Below, piece after piece: positions 25,601 through 39,249 of a stretch of DNA of 64,000 bases (its first letter is position 1; the number at the start of each line of letters is the position of its first letter). The position numbers and the translations under genes were made by a program. Origin of the DNA: Octopus vulgaris (Eukaryota); assembly GCA_951406725.2 (NCBI GenBank), contig OX597817.1, positions 1,426,001 to 1,490,000 on the forward strand, in the 5' to 3' direction. The notes beneath the pieces are model-generated. The model was not told the origin of the DNA and made no database searches. It saw only the letters and a program-made list of their open reading frames with translations.

Positions 25601-27229
25601 CTATATGTTACTTTTATTCTGTTGTCATCATATCTGCCTTTATTTTTGATATTGTTCAGCGATATGTCAGTCGAAATGGAACTGATCCAAGACCAAGGAT
25701 CTTCATGCTGTGACCATCCCATCTTTCTGGCGTTCATAACTTTTCATTCTTCAATTGTCCTTCCTTTGTAAAGACAGTCGTGTGTTATTCGATGGAGATT
25801 TTAACTACTAGTTATAAAAAAAGTACTGTGATCAACAGGATAGATAGAAATACTTAAATACATTTACTAAGCAGTACCAACAAAGCCGTAGTCCGCTGCC
25901 AAAAACAAGTAAAACAGAAAATGTGTAAACATGAAACTATATTAATAGCTTACAACCTTTTCTATCATCTTATTATTCTACTACACACTAAAATGTATGC
26001 ATAAATACAGATCCACACACAAACACGTATACACACATACATACAACCACACAGACGACATACATAAAAACACGGATATATATTTACCTTTTTATATGTT
26101 ATCATGTAAGTATGTTATTACATATGTATGTTATCATATGTGTTTGTTATCATATTGTATGTCGTCATATATGTATGTATGTTACCAGTCCGTTAGCTCC
26201 TTTACAATACTATACTTTACTATATACACTACTCTATCAAAACACACACACACAAACACACATACACACATACACACACATACACAGAGACGCAGGCAAG
26301 TGCGCGCGCAGATGTATATTTACTTATACATACATGAAGACATGTAAATGAATACCAAACGTTTCATTGCTCAGACGAGAATCAGTAAATTCGATGGTAA
26401 GTAAATTTGTATAGTGTAACCCACCTCAACCTCCTCCATCCCCCTCAACCTCCTCCATCCCCCTCAACTATTATATGACCTCAACACAAACACCATCCCC
26501 ATCTACCGACATTCTCTACCTCCACCATCTCAGCATTTGCTTGAGATATTTTCCCTTTTCTCTTCATTACGAATCTTTCATATATATTTTGTTTGTTCGT
26601 CTTCATTATCGTAGTTGTTTGCTTTTGCTGCCGTTACTGTTGTTGATATCGTTGTTGTGCTCTGGAAATGTGTGTGATTATACGTATATATGCATATATA
26701 CATGCATGCATACATATATACATACATAATGCATACATACATATAATTACAAACACACACAAATATCTCTTCTGTGGCACCTTCCTCATCGCCACCATTA
26801 CCCCCATCAATACTACTGAACAACACCTCTCTTTCGTTCTTTCATTCTTTCATTCTTTCTTTCTTTCCTTCTTTCGTTCTGTCTGTCTGTCTGTCTCTTT
26901 CCCCCCCTCTCTCTCTCTCTCTCTCTTTCTCTTTCACTTTCTCTTTGTCTGTAGATTCTATGTCTGAAAAAGTTGGATTAGTCACGGGAGGAAGACCTTT
27001 AACCATAGATCGATTCGATGGGAGCAGTCTGGAGCTCACCATCATACTACAATCACCAACATCAACAACACAAATATAGGCATAAAAATCAAAATAGTTA
27101 TAATATTAAACTGAAACTAAGGTATGCAAACATAAATAGAGAAGATAAGAAGGCAATAATTGGTCCTTTGGACAGGTGTAAATCACAAATTAGAAATTGG
27201 GGTGAGGAAGAAAATAAGGACAGAAGAGA

Positions 27230-27710
27230 AACGGAGAGCATCACATATCTTTTATTGACTTGGTCTGAAGGAAGACATTATGTCCTTGGTCTTCGAAGAG
27301 CCACGTCAATGGCTGCAAGGAGGAAGTTCCAGGTAGTCCACACTTCTGAAAAGGAAGCAATAGGCGCAAAAGTTAGTGCGAATTTAGGTGTTGTGGACAC
27401 AATTTTACTGATGAGAGAAGGAGTCATGAGTAGGCCATGTATATTTCAGCGGAGGTGACAGGAAGCGACCCCTATTCAAAAATCAGAAGCTATTATAGTA
27501 ACATTGGTAGAAGCACAAAGCGAGGGCATACTGGCCGTAGAACAGAGTTTAAAGTGGGTTCGTGAGCAACTTCACCAATCTCACTAATCAGTGGAGTAGC
27601 TTTCCTTTGTTTGTGATCCAGAATGCATGCGTGTATAGTAGTAGCACCATATTAAACTTCAGTCAGAATTCACTCAGATCTTACCACATCGCCTTTGGAA
27701 AACAGAAAAA
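27230..27710 (-). mobile_element. Decayed Jockey/L2/CR1-group LINE 3' end
   Basis: Minus-strand traces ALCFYQCYYNSF and WNFL resemble the SLFYRYY...WNSLP C-terminus; many stops. Confidence 0.45.
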
Positions 27711-28506
27711 AGAAAAGAGAGAGGCAGATAAAATAACGTTGTCTTAGAGATATTGCATCCGTGGTCATAAAACGAAATAGTCATAGCTACAAAGTGTTTA
27801 TCATTCAACTACGGTAGCAGTTGAATAATATACTTAAGGCCGCATTTTACTCACACGCAGCATCTTTTAGAGCTTGTCGTTAATTGAGTTCTTAACCAAA
27901 TTGAAAACTGTTACAGTTTGGCATTAAAAATTGAGATTTGATCGAGTAGAAAAAAGTTTACATCAAAATTTGTAGCAACGTTATAGGTGAGTAAGCAACA
28001 CCACCGATCAAGTTTAGATCAAAATAACTTTTTTTTTATTTTAAAAGCAAAATATATTTATCTTAGCTTCAATGATAAAAGAAAGCATGAAGAATTTTAT
28101 AGTTTTGGTCCCATGCAACAACAATTTATATTTAAAAAAAACTGAGGCAAAATATCACGAAAAATATAAGGCAAAATATTGGATTTAAGTATAATTAACT
28201 TTTTTTTATTTAAAACCAAACTATATTTTAATTAAGCTTAAATGAAAGAGCTCAATTCGAAGAATTTCATGGCATCAATCTCATGCAATGAAGTTTTAAA
28301 AATAAAAAAGTTATGAGTGTTTGTTTCTCAAATTTGAGGGTGAAAATATAGTTCTATATTTTTTTTATGAATACAGTTCTTTAAGGGGACTTTTAATATG
28401 TGTCACCGGCGTCATTGAGGTAAAGAAAAATATCAACGACACCGGCAAATGACACATTTGACACGTTATTAATTAGCATAAATTAGCATATCTGGAAAAA
28501 ATATGG

Positions 28507-29352
28507 ATTACATGGAAAATACGAGCAAGAGAAATAATATTCTTAAGATTATAAACCTGGAAAATTACAGGACAAGTTATAACATCTGGTAAAGTACAGA
28601 AGAAAAACATTTTAATTTAAAATATTGCAGCTAACGATAAAATTTGAATATTAAAAATTATTTGATTTTAATTCACAACATTATAATTGAAAAGGTACCA
28701 TCATTTTGTTAAAATATTGGCACACTAGAATACGTAAAAAACGAGAAACAGAAGTACTAATATAGCTAAAGTTTTATGCAAAGTAGAATAGTATATATGG
28801 TAGGCAAATTCATTATGTGAAAAATAGGCATTGGGTCACGACTAAATATGTGAAAACTTGGCAATAACTTAGACAATAACTCAAGCAAATTTTACTGGGA
28901 ATTTGTTGTTATAGGTAGATTTTACTGTAATATGTAACTGATTTATGTATTATTCTATTTATTGTACTAACTAATTATGTACTACTATTATTTTTTATAA
29001 CCTATTTTCAAATTTCTGATTATTAATTAATAATCAAGAAAATAAAATGTTTTAAAGTACAAAAAATATTTTGAGTTATTTTTATTTTTAATAGAAGTAA
29101 TAACATACAGAAGCAATAACTTGTAAAAAAAATGTTTAGTTTTAATAAAAGCAAATATTTTCTAAATCTAAATACTTTATTTGAAATTTTATCCTTAGCT
29201 GCAATATTTTAAATAAACCTTTTCTTGTTCCGTACTTTACCAGATATAATAACTTGTCCTGAACTTTTCCAAGCGTAATAACTTATCCTGTAATTTTCCA
29301 GGTTTATAATCTTAAGAAATTTATTTCTTTTGCTTGCATTTTTCCATGTAAT
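28507..29352. mobile_element. Foldback/MITE-like element with long imperfect TIRs
   Basis: 28507-28650 is the inverted complement of 29179-29352; AT-rich non-coding interior; no clear TSD. Confidence 0.75.
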
Positions 29353-32252
29353 AGATCTGTTTGCTCACAGAAGAGATGTCGCTACATTACAGGAGTTAAT
29401 CTAACGATCCCAAAAGAATGAATGGAAATGAGGATCCGCCAGTTTATATCAAAGCAAAACTTAAACAGTACAAAGTAATTTTTTCGGCACCCTACCATTT
29501 CTTGCATAACATCCACCCTTTCATTTATAAACATAGTTAACTGGAATTTGTGTTAATTATACCGTCGTTAATTAGAAATATAATTGACTGATATTTCTTT
29601 CTTTTGAAAAGGCAGAACGCCAAGTTTTGGAGAAAATACGCAGCGATGAAAGGAACACCAGTATATAAAATATGTACTCATGTATATTTTATCGACATTG
29701 AAAATGTGAAAGGCATATTGAATGACAGAGATATAGCTGAAGCCCATAATGTTCTTTAAGTGACGGTCTGGGTTGGCAGACATCCGCACACAGGAAAACT
29801 CACGCGTATGGACATTTATAGTTATTATGTATATATATATTTGTACATATGTACACATGTATGTGTGTAAACAGTTGAATGCAAACAAGGCTAACAGAAA
29901 TTATTCAGTACAAGACATACAGCGTTATATAATATTTCATTGGAAGCTTGAAAGGACAAAAATCGTTGCTTCGAGTCCTGGGCATCTGATGTTTGGGCGA
30001 TTAGGAAGAACGGAATATAAAACATAGTGAAAAGAAATGGAGTGGAAATATTTGAATAATTAAACAAAATAGTTAAGGAGGAGAAAATGGGGGAGGAGAT
30101 AAAATGAACGACTATGTATATTCGATGTTCATAAAATTAAATAAAATTTTTAAAATGAGTAAAGGAGCGTTGATGTTAAGATGGAAATACCGTGTAATTA
30201 AAAGAAAGCTGATTAGGGTGAAGGAAGAAAAATTATTTTAAGAATATACATTAAAATACTATTCAGATGAATGTACAGTGGAGGTGGGGAGTTTAGTCAA
30301 GCAGTGTAGAGGAGATAACTGAAAGCTATAAAAAGTAAACACGTGGTTTACTTTACAATTAAACAGGAGAGAATCTTTTCTAGGTTAAACTAAGTTGAAG
30401 AACTTGTATTTTAAATTTCTAATTCTTAATTTTTTCTTAAGAAAATAAAATAATGCTCCTAAGGTTTTTAAAGCTTTTAGTCACTGGTAGTTGTCTGTAG
30501 TACTGTTTCAATCCCCTTTGAAATCGTCGGCACGAAATAACTCGAGACACAGTTTAATTAAGCCTTTATTCAACATCCTACAAAGATTTTCTTTTTAGAA
30601 AGAAAGAGAATAGTTTAAAGGGATAGCTGCTTAGTTGTAAAGAAAAGAGAAAGATAGGAATTTCCTACATGCGGGTAATAATACTTCCAGGACATATCCG
30701 CCTTGCGATAAATTTCTTTTTGTAGTTACATTTGATGTTTTTACTACAAACAAGTTTCGTGAGCCCGTTTTAGCATACTCTTTTTGGGTGGACATAAGAA
30801 TTGTAGCTTCTATTTCCCATTGTACCATCCGCTGGGATGAGATTGTGCTATCCGCCATTTATTCGTGGGTAATTTTTAAAAAGCGGCCAGAGCATTTTAA
30901 CCACGTGGTTTGCTTCTGGAAAATCTCTTCTAAGTTAAGCTAAGTTGAAGAAAATGTTTAATTTCTAATTCTTAATATTTTGCTTCTTACATAAAATAAA
31001 AAAAATTTGTTAATTAAAAAGTTTTTAGCATAGCGATTAAGTTGGGATTAGAATATAGTTGTGAGGAGCATTTTCACAATCTAGCGTTAAGAGAAGATAT
31101 GAAATATAATCGTAAGTCAATACTTAGAAGTGCGACTGTAGGAAAATGATAGTTCAAAACTTTTGTTTAATGCATGAAAGTCTTGGAATATAATGAAGAC
31201 TTCCTAGATTTAGGTGAGACACATGCCTATGGTAAATGTTTCATTTTGTTTTAAATGCAGCCGTGCTAGATTGTTTTAAAACAAACGTGTTTACAAATTT
31301 GTGAAAATCCCATTTTTGAGATAAAGTTTGAATTTCTTAGTCATTCTGCTCTGCTGTGCTCTTTTTTTTTTTTTATCTATCTGCATTATAACATGATAAA
31401 CCAATGATTTAGCCATGCAGTTACTATTACTTGGACAAGTGTACGGTACATTACAATTACAGGTAGGTAACGATGTCGTAACAGCAAGAATAGCTCTCTT
31501 TGATTCTACGTCTGTTAAATATCTTAGTTTGAGAACGGAAAAGACGCTAAAATATTTTTTCGTGATATATATAACTTCTCTTATGCCGGTTTTCTAGAAA
31601 AGAGCAACTGAGTCTCTGCAGGTGAATTTGGGTTGGATTGTTTGTGTAATATTTATGGGTTGTTTTGTGGTTAGAGTGTTATAATCTTACATACAAAACT
31701 ATGGTTGGCTTTGTTGAAAATTTTTGTTATATCTGTGTGAAGCAGAGTATATCGTACTAACCACTGTAGGGCAGAGCCTTGCACCATTAACATTTCCAGA
31801 TATGCTACTAGGAATTGTCATAAAATTCTAACAAATTTAAAGTTACTGCGTTTATTATTATTGTGATATCAGTCTCCATTATGATGCATGTTCTATATTC
31901 TAGAACGACATTAAAAATAGATAAGTGGTAATATACAGCATAGAAACATTGTGGTCCATAGAAGTTATATAACATCTGTATGGAATGACTGTTATAATCG
32001 ATCAAGTATATTTTGATGTATTATTAGGGTTTTGCTTTGCAATACATTTAGATAATATAAATCGCGTAGTATTTATTAACAAATGAAACACAAGGGCAGG
32101 TGCCATTTTAATTTGAGGTATGTTTTTAATTATAGTCCATTATGGTCATCTAGAAATCGAGCTTTCCTGAAGTAATGGCGAAATGCTTTGCCCAAATAAA
32201 TATGGTCATATTCTACGAATGACATGTATTGACAAATTTTCTCTTCTTGTTT

Positions 32253-32302
<50 letters not shown>

Positions 32303-32320
32303 AATTATCATCATCATCAT
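32253..32320. repeat. (CAT)n microsatellite
   Basis: Seen directly. Confidence 0.95.
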
Positions 32321-32491
32321 CCCCGCCATCACTTAAACCAACATATTTCACTCCCAGATTTACACACTAACTGTAGCCGTCTTTCAGATTTTCTAAGCCC
32401 TGTAAAAGAACTCAGAAGGCTGGGTCTCCAACCAGGTCTTTCGCGATAGCCTTAAAGACAGCAACTTTGCAACACCCCTCGCATCTTTGTG

Positions 32492-32762
<271 letters not shown>

Positions 32763-32896
32763 AAAAACTTTATTAATTAACTGAAAAGAACTCACTTTTA
32801 AGGTCTGAGTAAATCGATTGTGTATCTTAGCTTCCACCATTTCATATCTGATTATTGAGGGTTTCATTTTCACATGCGCTCCTCAGCCAAGTATAT

Positions 32897-33054
32897 TTAG
32901 TGGTGAGAGCTCGGGGACAGCTGGATGACAAAGCTGATCAATCAGTCCACTGGAAATCTACGAAATGATGAATTGGATGAAGCCAACCGAAGTATCTAAC
33001 AAGTCGTTCCGTTCCTAGTGTGTAGTCCGACTGTGACAGAGCTCTCACCACTAA
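32897..33054. mobile_element. Small MITE-like element with 16-bp perfect inverted repeats
   Basis: TTAGTGGTGAGAGCTC (32897-32912) and GAGCTCTCACCACTAA (33039-33054). Confidence 0.5.
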
Positions 33055-33820
33055 CCCCCGTCGTCTAGGGATTGCCCCTGGGCATGAAACTTTCATTAAA
33101 GTGATTTGAATTGGTATATGTGTGTGTGTGGTGCATGATGATGTGTTTTTCTTTTGTGTGCATGAGTGTTTGTATGCGTGTGTGTGGGGGGGGTGCATAA
33201 TTCAATTTATTACAACATTTCAAATATCACAGTTTAGTGTGGAGGAAGAAAAGAAGACTTACGGAGATGCAAGGAGAGAAAATGAGAGGGAAAGAGAGAG
33301 AGAGAGGGGGAAGGAGGGAAGAAGGAGGGAGAGGGAGGGAGAGGGAGGGGGAGGGAGAAGGAGAGCTTAGAAATCATCACTATATCGATAACATGTGTCC
33401 GGGAAAAGATACCCGTTGGCCTTTAACTGTAAACCAAGCGTGTTGTAATCAAGCTGTTTCCCTTTTGACGCTGAATCATGATGATTTCACAGATTCTTTA
33501 TCACATTTACACCACAAACACAAACCCAAGCACAAACGCAAAACACACACGCAAATATAGTTTGGAACACACACGTGCAAACAGACGCTTTACACTTCGC
33601 TTAGACACAGACACACAAAACCTGTATCAGACAAAAATGTTGTTTCATTTCTCTCTTAAATTCGACCGCTGACTCCCTTCCAGTAACACTTGTTACATTT
33701 CCCACCTCTTACCATAATCTCTTACTCTCTTAACTTGCCTTTTCCTCATGTTTTGCTGAAAAATGTCTTCACTCTCACAGTCACCAATTTATTCTACAAT
33801 GCTTGTAAACATGTTACTCA

Positions 33821-33910
<90 letters not shown>

Positions 33911-33911
33911 G

Positions 33912-33987
<76 letters not shown>

Positions 33988-34018
33988 CCTATCTATCTAT
34001 CCACCTATCTATCTATCT
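33821..34018. repeat. (TATC)n microsatellite
   Basis: Seen directly. Confidence 0.95.
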
Positions 34019-34054
34019 AATTATCTACCTGCCTACTTGTCTGTCTGCTTGCTG

Positions 34055-34930
34055 TTGTGGTGAATAAACTGTCACCTAAATTACACAAAAATGAAAAAAT
34101 AAATACTCGCATCTCATTTTAACAGATACATTTACCAAAATTACATAAAAATACCTTGAAATTTATTCAATAAAGACGCCATTGACTTCAACTACAGCCT
34201 CCAGACACATTCGGAATCTCCTGCAACTCTTCTGGATGGTCTCCTTCTTAAGTTGGTCAAAGGTAGCATAATCATTGCCTTCAGTACCTCTTTGGTGTTA
34301 CAAGTAGTTTTGTTGGTCTCTCGCTTAACTGCGCCCCACACATAATAATCAAGGGCGTTGTAGTCTTAGAGTCAGGTGGCCAGATGTTAGGAGTGATGTG
34401 GTCGCAGAAAATGTCTGACAGTCATGACTGGATTCTCTTGCTTGTGTGGCATGTTGCAGAGTCCTGTTGCCAGACATAGAGTATTCCAGCAGCCACCCTC
34501 TTGATTCAGAGCTACACTACCTCCTCCAGGCACTTGATGTAGGCCACCGTGTTGAGTCTGAAGCCATATGGGAAGATGAATAAAGGTATAACATCGCCAT
34601 CACTAGTGATTACTCCAAACATCATGATGTTGACTGGATGCTTGATTTTTATCACTCTCGGTACATGTCCACGGATTGCACTGCCCTCAGATTGACACCC
34701 AAACACTCGGAAATATTCAAATTGGAGCTTCGGTGCGAATACCAATCAGTACAGAATGTGGTTTCCAGATTTCAGGCCGAGTGAATTGCGTCATGGTGCT
34801 GCTTTTCTCACAGAAGGTGCTCAACCGACCCATCTATACTGTGTAGTCGACAAAATCACAGAAAACAAACAATTCGCCTGCGCGAAATTAAATATATAAA
34901 ATTGTGATAATTTAGCCATCACACCCTCTG
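34055..34930 (-). mobile_element. Internally deleted DD37D/maT-like (Tc1/mariner superfamily) transposon
   Basis: KHPVNIMMFGVITSDG...YIKCLEEVV...WQQDSATCHTS...IWPP...LDYYVWG; degenerate TIR-like ends. Confidence 0.85.
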
Positions 34931-34960
34931 TGTTTGTCTGTCTGTCTCTCTCTCACTCTG

Positions 34961-35114
<154 letters not shown>

Positions 35115-35118
35115 CATA

Positions 35119-35271
35119 GGCGCGGGCGTGGATGCGTGGTAAGAAACATACTTCCAGACCACATGGTTCCGAGTTCAGTCCCTCTGCGTGGAATCTTGTG
35201 CAGGTATCTTCTACTAAAGCCTCGGGTCGATCAGAGCCTTGTGGTTCACGCAAATTTAAAGAAACCCGTCG

Positions 35272-35273
<2 letters not shown>
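35119..35273 (+). mobile_element. SINE family B 5' half (split by the PLE insertion)
   Basis: Matches 63516-63680 up to the internal (TA)n. Confidence 0.85.
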
Positions 35274-35314
<41 letters not shown>

Positions 35315-35325
35315 TATATAGAAGG

Positions 35326-35376
35326 AGCTTCTACAGGACTAGTACTGTTTCATTCAAGAGAAATCTTCAGGAAGCT
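35326..35376 (-). ncRNA. Type I hammerhead ribozyme candidate (inverted terminal copy)
   Basis: Same sequence as 39022-39072 on the opposite strand. Confidence 0.7.
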
Positions 35377-35869
35377 ATTTAACAAGAATTGTATTAGCAT
35401 TTATACATTTAGGCAGGTTTAAAGGAGTGGTGGTGGGGGACTTTTTTGGGGGTAGGCATAGCGCAAAATATCATACTTGGGGGAGTGGTCAAGGAGTCAG
35501 TGGTAAGTTAGATGAAAGAATAGATAAATCCAACCAAACTACCCTCGCCGCCCACATCTGGTACCTTAAAAGGAACTCAATCCCCTTCAAGACCAAGTGG
35601 AAACTACTACAGAAGGCGCGCTCGTACACAGGAGGACATACCTGCTGTGACCTATGCATATCAGAGAGCCTAGAGATCTTGTTCGCCAAAGGCCCTCTCC
35701 TTAACAAATTTTCAGAACACTCCCCAAATTGCATGCATAAGAAGTACGCGAACTACAAGAACTATAGACCTACCCGGCAACCTGATTGATGACAACCCCC
35801 CTACAACCCCCCCAACCCCACTGTTCCCCTAGCACCCCCGATTACCTTTTCTCCTAAGACCTTTCACAT

Positions 35870-36681
35870 ATTGTATGTGCACGCTTGTATATGTGTATCG
35901 TATGTATGTATATATGTATAGAAATGCATGGGTACAGTAGGAATATACGCATGTATTGTGTGTGTGTGTGTATGTATGCATGTAAAAATATATATATGTA
36001 TATATATTTGCATATATGTATATATATATATATACATGTATGTGCTTGTATGTGTGTGTGTGTGTATATATGTATATGTGTTTGTATGTATATGTGTATA
36101 TACGTATATGCATATGTATGTGTAAATGTATGTGTTTATGTATGTGTATGTATGTATAAAATATTATATAATTAGGGCTTAGTAAAATAAAATAAATTAC
36201 TTTGCCACATACTAAACTTTCTAGAAATAGCAGCCAATAAAGTTTTTTAGCCTCTTCCACTACTTAGAGAATTTTTTTCCCTCTAACATTGTTTACTCAA
36301 AATAATAATGGTCCCTTTACATACTGAATACTTGGTGAAATTGATTAATAACTAATTAACTTTACCCTCCCTTGTTGATATATATATATATGTATATGTG
36401 TACATGTATGTATATATGTGTGTGTGTGTATGTGTGTATATATGTATTTGTATATGTGTGTGTGTATATGTATGTGTGCGCGTGTGTGTGTATGTATGTG
36501 TATGTATATTTGTATGTGTATATGCATGTATATATATGTGTGTGTATATGTGTATTATGTATGTATTTATATAGATATGTAATTTATATATATATGTATG
36601 TATATGCATCTGTCTGTGTGTGTGTATGTGTATATATGTGTATCATTATTGCGTATGTATACATGTATATGTGTATATGTA

Positions 36682-36758
<77 letters not shown>

Positions 36759-37075
36759 ATGTACATGTATATATATATGTGTGTGTATATATATATATAT
36801 ATGTTTATATGTGAGTATGTAGAGATATAAGTATATGCATGTGTATATGTGTGTGTGTGTATATATATATATATATGTATGGGTATGTGTATCAGTGTAT
36901 ATGTATATATGTATGTGTGTGTGTATGTATATGTATGTATATGTGTATATATGTATGTGTATATGTGTATATATGTGTATATATATATATATATGTATGT
37001 ATGTGTATGTGTATGTATATGTATATGTGTATGTATGTGTATGTGTATATATGTGTGTGTGTGTGTGTATATATG

Positions 37076-37109
<34 letters not shown>

Positions 37110-37625
37110 TGAGTGCGCGTGTGTGTATGTATGCATATATGTATGTATGCATGTATATGTGTATGTATATATGTGTGTAAGTGTGTGCATATATGTATAT
37201 GTAAGTATGTGTGCGTGTATGAGTATGTATGTATGCTTGCACACGTGTATATATGTGTGTGTGTGTATATATATGGATGCACGTGCGTGTGTGCACGTGT
37301 ATGGGTACGCATGTATATGTGTATGTGCGTGTATGTGTATACGTGTATGTATGTATGTGTGTGCGTATATTTGTATATGTATGTGTGAGTGTGTATATAT
37401 ATATATATATATATATAGATGGGGGTGTGTGTATGCGTATAAATGCATGTAAGTATGGATGTATGGATGTATGTATGTATGTATACGTATGTATGTGTTT
37501 GTGTGTATATGTATGTATGTGTGTGTATGTGTGTATATATATATATATATATGTGTGTATATATGTTTGTGTATGTATATATATGTGTATGTATGTGTGT
37601 GTATATATATGTGTGTATGTGTATG

Positions 37626-37671
<46 letters not shown>

Positions 37672-38066
37672 TATGTATCTGTATGTAGGAGTATATGTGT
37701 GTGTGTGTATGTATATGTGTATATATATATATATATGTATATTTATTGGTGTATATGTATAGACTAGCCTCCTAAAGTGTAGACACGAATCTGTAGGTAC
37801 GAGTACGTATGTGTATATACGTGAACGTATGTAGATGTTTGTATGTATGAATATAACGCGTGCGTACGTGTATGTGTATGAGTGTACGAATGGGTGAATG
37901 TACGTGCTAATGAGTGTGCGTGCGGGAATGAGTACTTGCCTTCTAGTAGACAGACAAATGGACATGCTGCCATAGCCAGGATCCTTAGCTCTAGCGATCA
38001 AAGATAACAAAAGTAATAAATGAAGATAATAAAATTAAAATTAGGGAATGGGCCTGTATTGGATTG

Positions 38067-38101
<35 letters not shown>

Positions 38102-38200
38102 GTGTATGTGTAGGTATGTATAGGTACACATGTGTATGTGTATGTGTATGTATATGTGTATATGTATGTATGTGCACACATGTATATATATGTATGCGTG

Positions 38201-38248
<48 letters not shown>

Positions 38249-38600
38249 TATGTGTATGTGGGTGTATGAATATATAGGTGTAAATATGTGTATATAGGGA
38301 ACTAGGTGTGTTGTGTGTGCATGAGTGTATGTGCGTATGAATATATATTTTTCTGTGTATATATGTATGTGTGGTCGTGGGTATATATATATACATGTGT
38401 GTATGCGTGCATGCATGGGAGTGAGTGTATGCATATATACGTGTGTGTATGTGTAGACAGGTATATGCATGTGCATGTGTATAAATTTGTATATGTGGGC
38501 GGGTGTATGTATGTGTGTATGTAGATATGTATGTATATGTGTATATATGTATGTGTGTATATATATATGTGTGTGTATGTATGTGTATATATATGTGTAT

Positions 38601-38636
<36 letters not shown>

Positions 38637-38870
38637 GTGTATATGTATGTGTGTGTAGATACGTATACATGTGTGTATAGGTATAAGTGAGAATCTCCTT
38701 ATTTACCTATAACTCTATCCCCCCTTTTTTTATATATATATTTTTTTATATATATATTTTTTATATATATTTTTTATTTTTTTATTTTTTATTTATTTTT
38801 TATTTTTTTATTTTTTTTTATTTATATATTTTTTTATTTTTTTATTTATTTATTTATTTTTTTTTTTTTA
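35870..38870. repeat. About 3 kb of degenerate (TA)/(TG)/(TATG) low-complexity sequence with short unique islands, ending in a T-rich tract
   Basis: Seen directly; source of the long spurious YI/HT/MC/VY ORFs. Confidence 0.95.
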
Positions 38871-39021
38871 TTTATCTATTCTTTCATCTAACTTACCACT
38901 GACTCCTTGACCACTCCCCCAAGTATGATATTTTGCGCTATGCCTACCCCCAAAAAAGTCCCCCACCACCACTCCTTTAAACCTGCTAAATGTATAAATG
39001 CTAATACAATTCTTGTTAAAT

Positions 39022-39072
39022 AGCTTCCTGAAGATTTCTCTTGAATGAAACAGTACTAGTCCTGTAGAAGCT
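39022..39072 (+). ncRNA. Type I hammerhead ribozyme candidate in the PLE 3' terminal region
   Basis: AGCUUC-CUGAAGA-UUUC(UCUU)GAAU-GAA-ACAG(UACUAGUC)CUGU-A-GAAGCU: intact core, 6-bp stem I, GUA cleavage triplet; U.U at the first pair of stem II. Confidence 0.72.
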
Positions 39073-39155
39073 CCTTCTATATAATAAATTAATTTTACTC
39101 TGCTATGTATTGAGTACCTTACTTACTGTGGTTAACCCCGAATCAACCCGGGACC

Positions 39156-39225
<70 letters not shown>

Positions 39226-39249
39226 GTGTGTGTGTGTGTGTGTATATAT

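Larger units (their letters stand above)
35309..39158 (+). mobile_element. 5'-truncated Penelope-like element with inverted 5' terminal copy
   Basis: 35530-35789 encodes a GIY-YIG C-terminus (TTLAAHIWYLK...W...ARSY...CDLC..E...LLNK..E...C.HKK); 35309-35529 is the inverted copy of 38870-39089 (one indel seen); flanked by (TA)n. Confidence 0.85.

Noticed and set aside
30846-30868. 17-nt match (CCACGAATAAATGGCGG) to 2465-2481 on the opposite strand
   Set aside because: No extended homology or RT frame around it; a match this short can arise by chance in 64 kb
35427-35789. 120-aa ORF as a stand-alone gene
   Set aside because: Chimeric frame: the N-terminal part is the antisense terminal repeat and the C-terminal part is a truncated PLE endonuclease
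36345-38690. Long ORFs of up to 372 aa on both strands
   Set aside because: Translations of TA/TG/TATG repeats, which lack stop codons; no protein-like complexity
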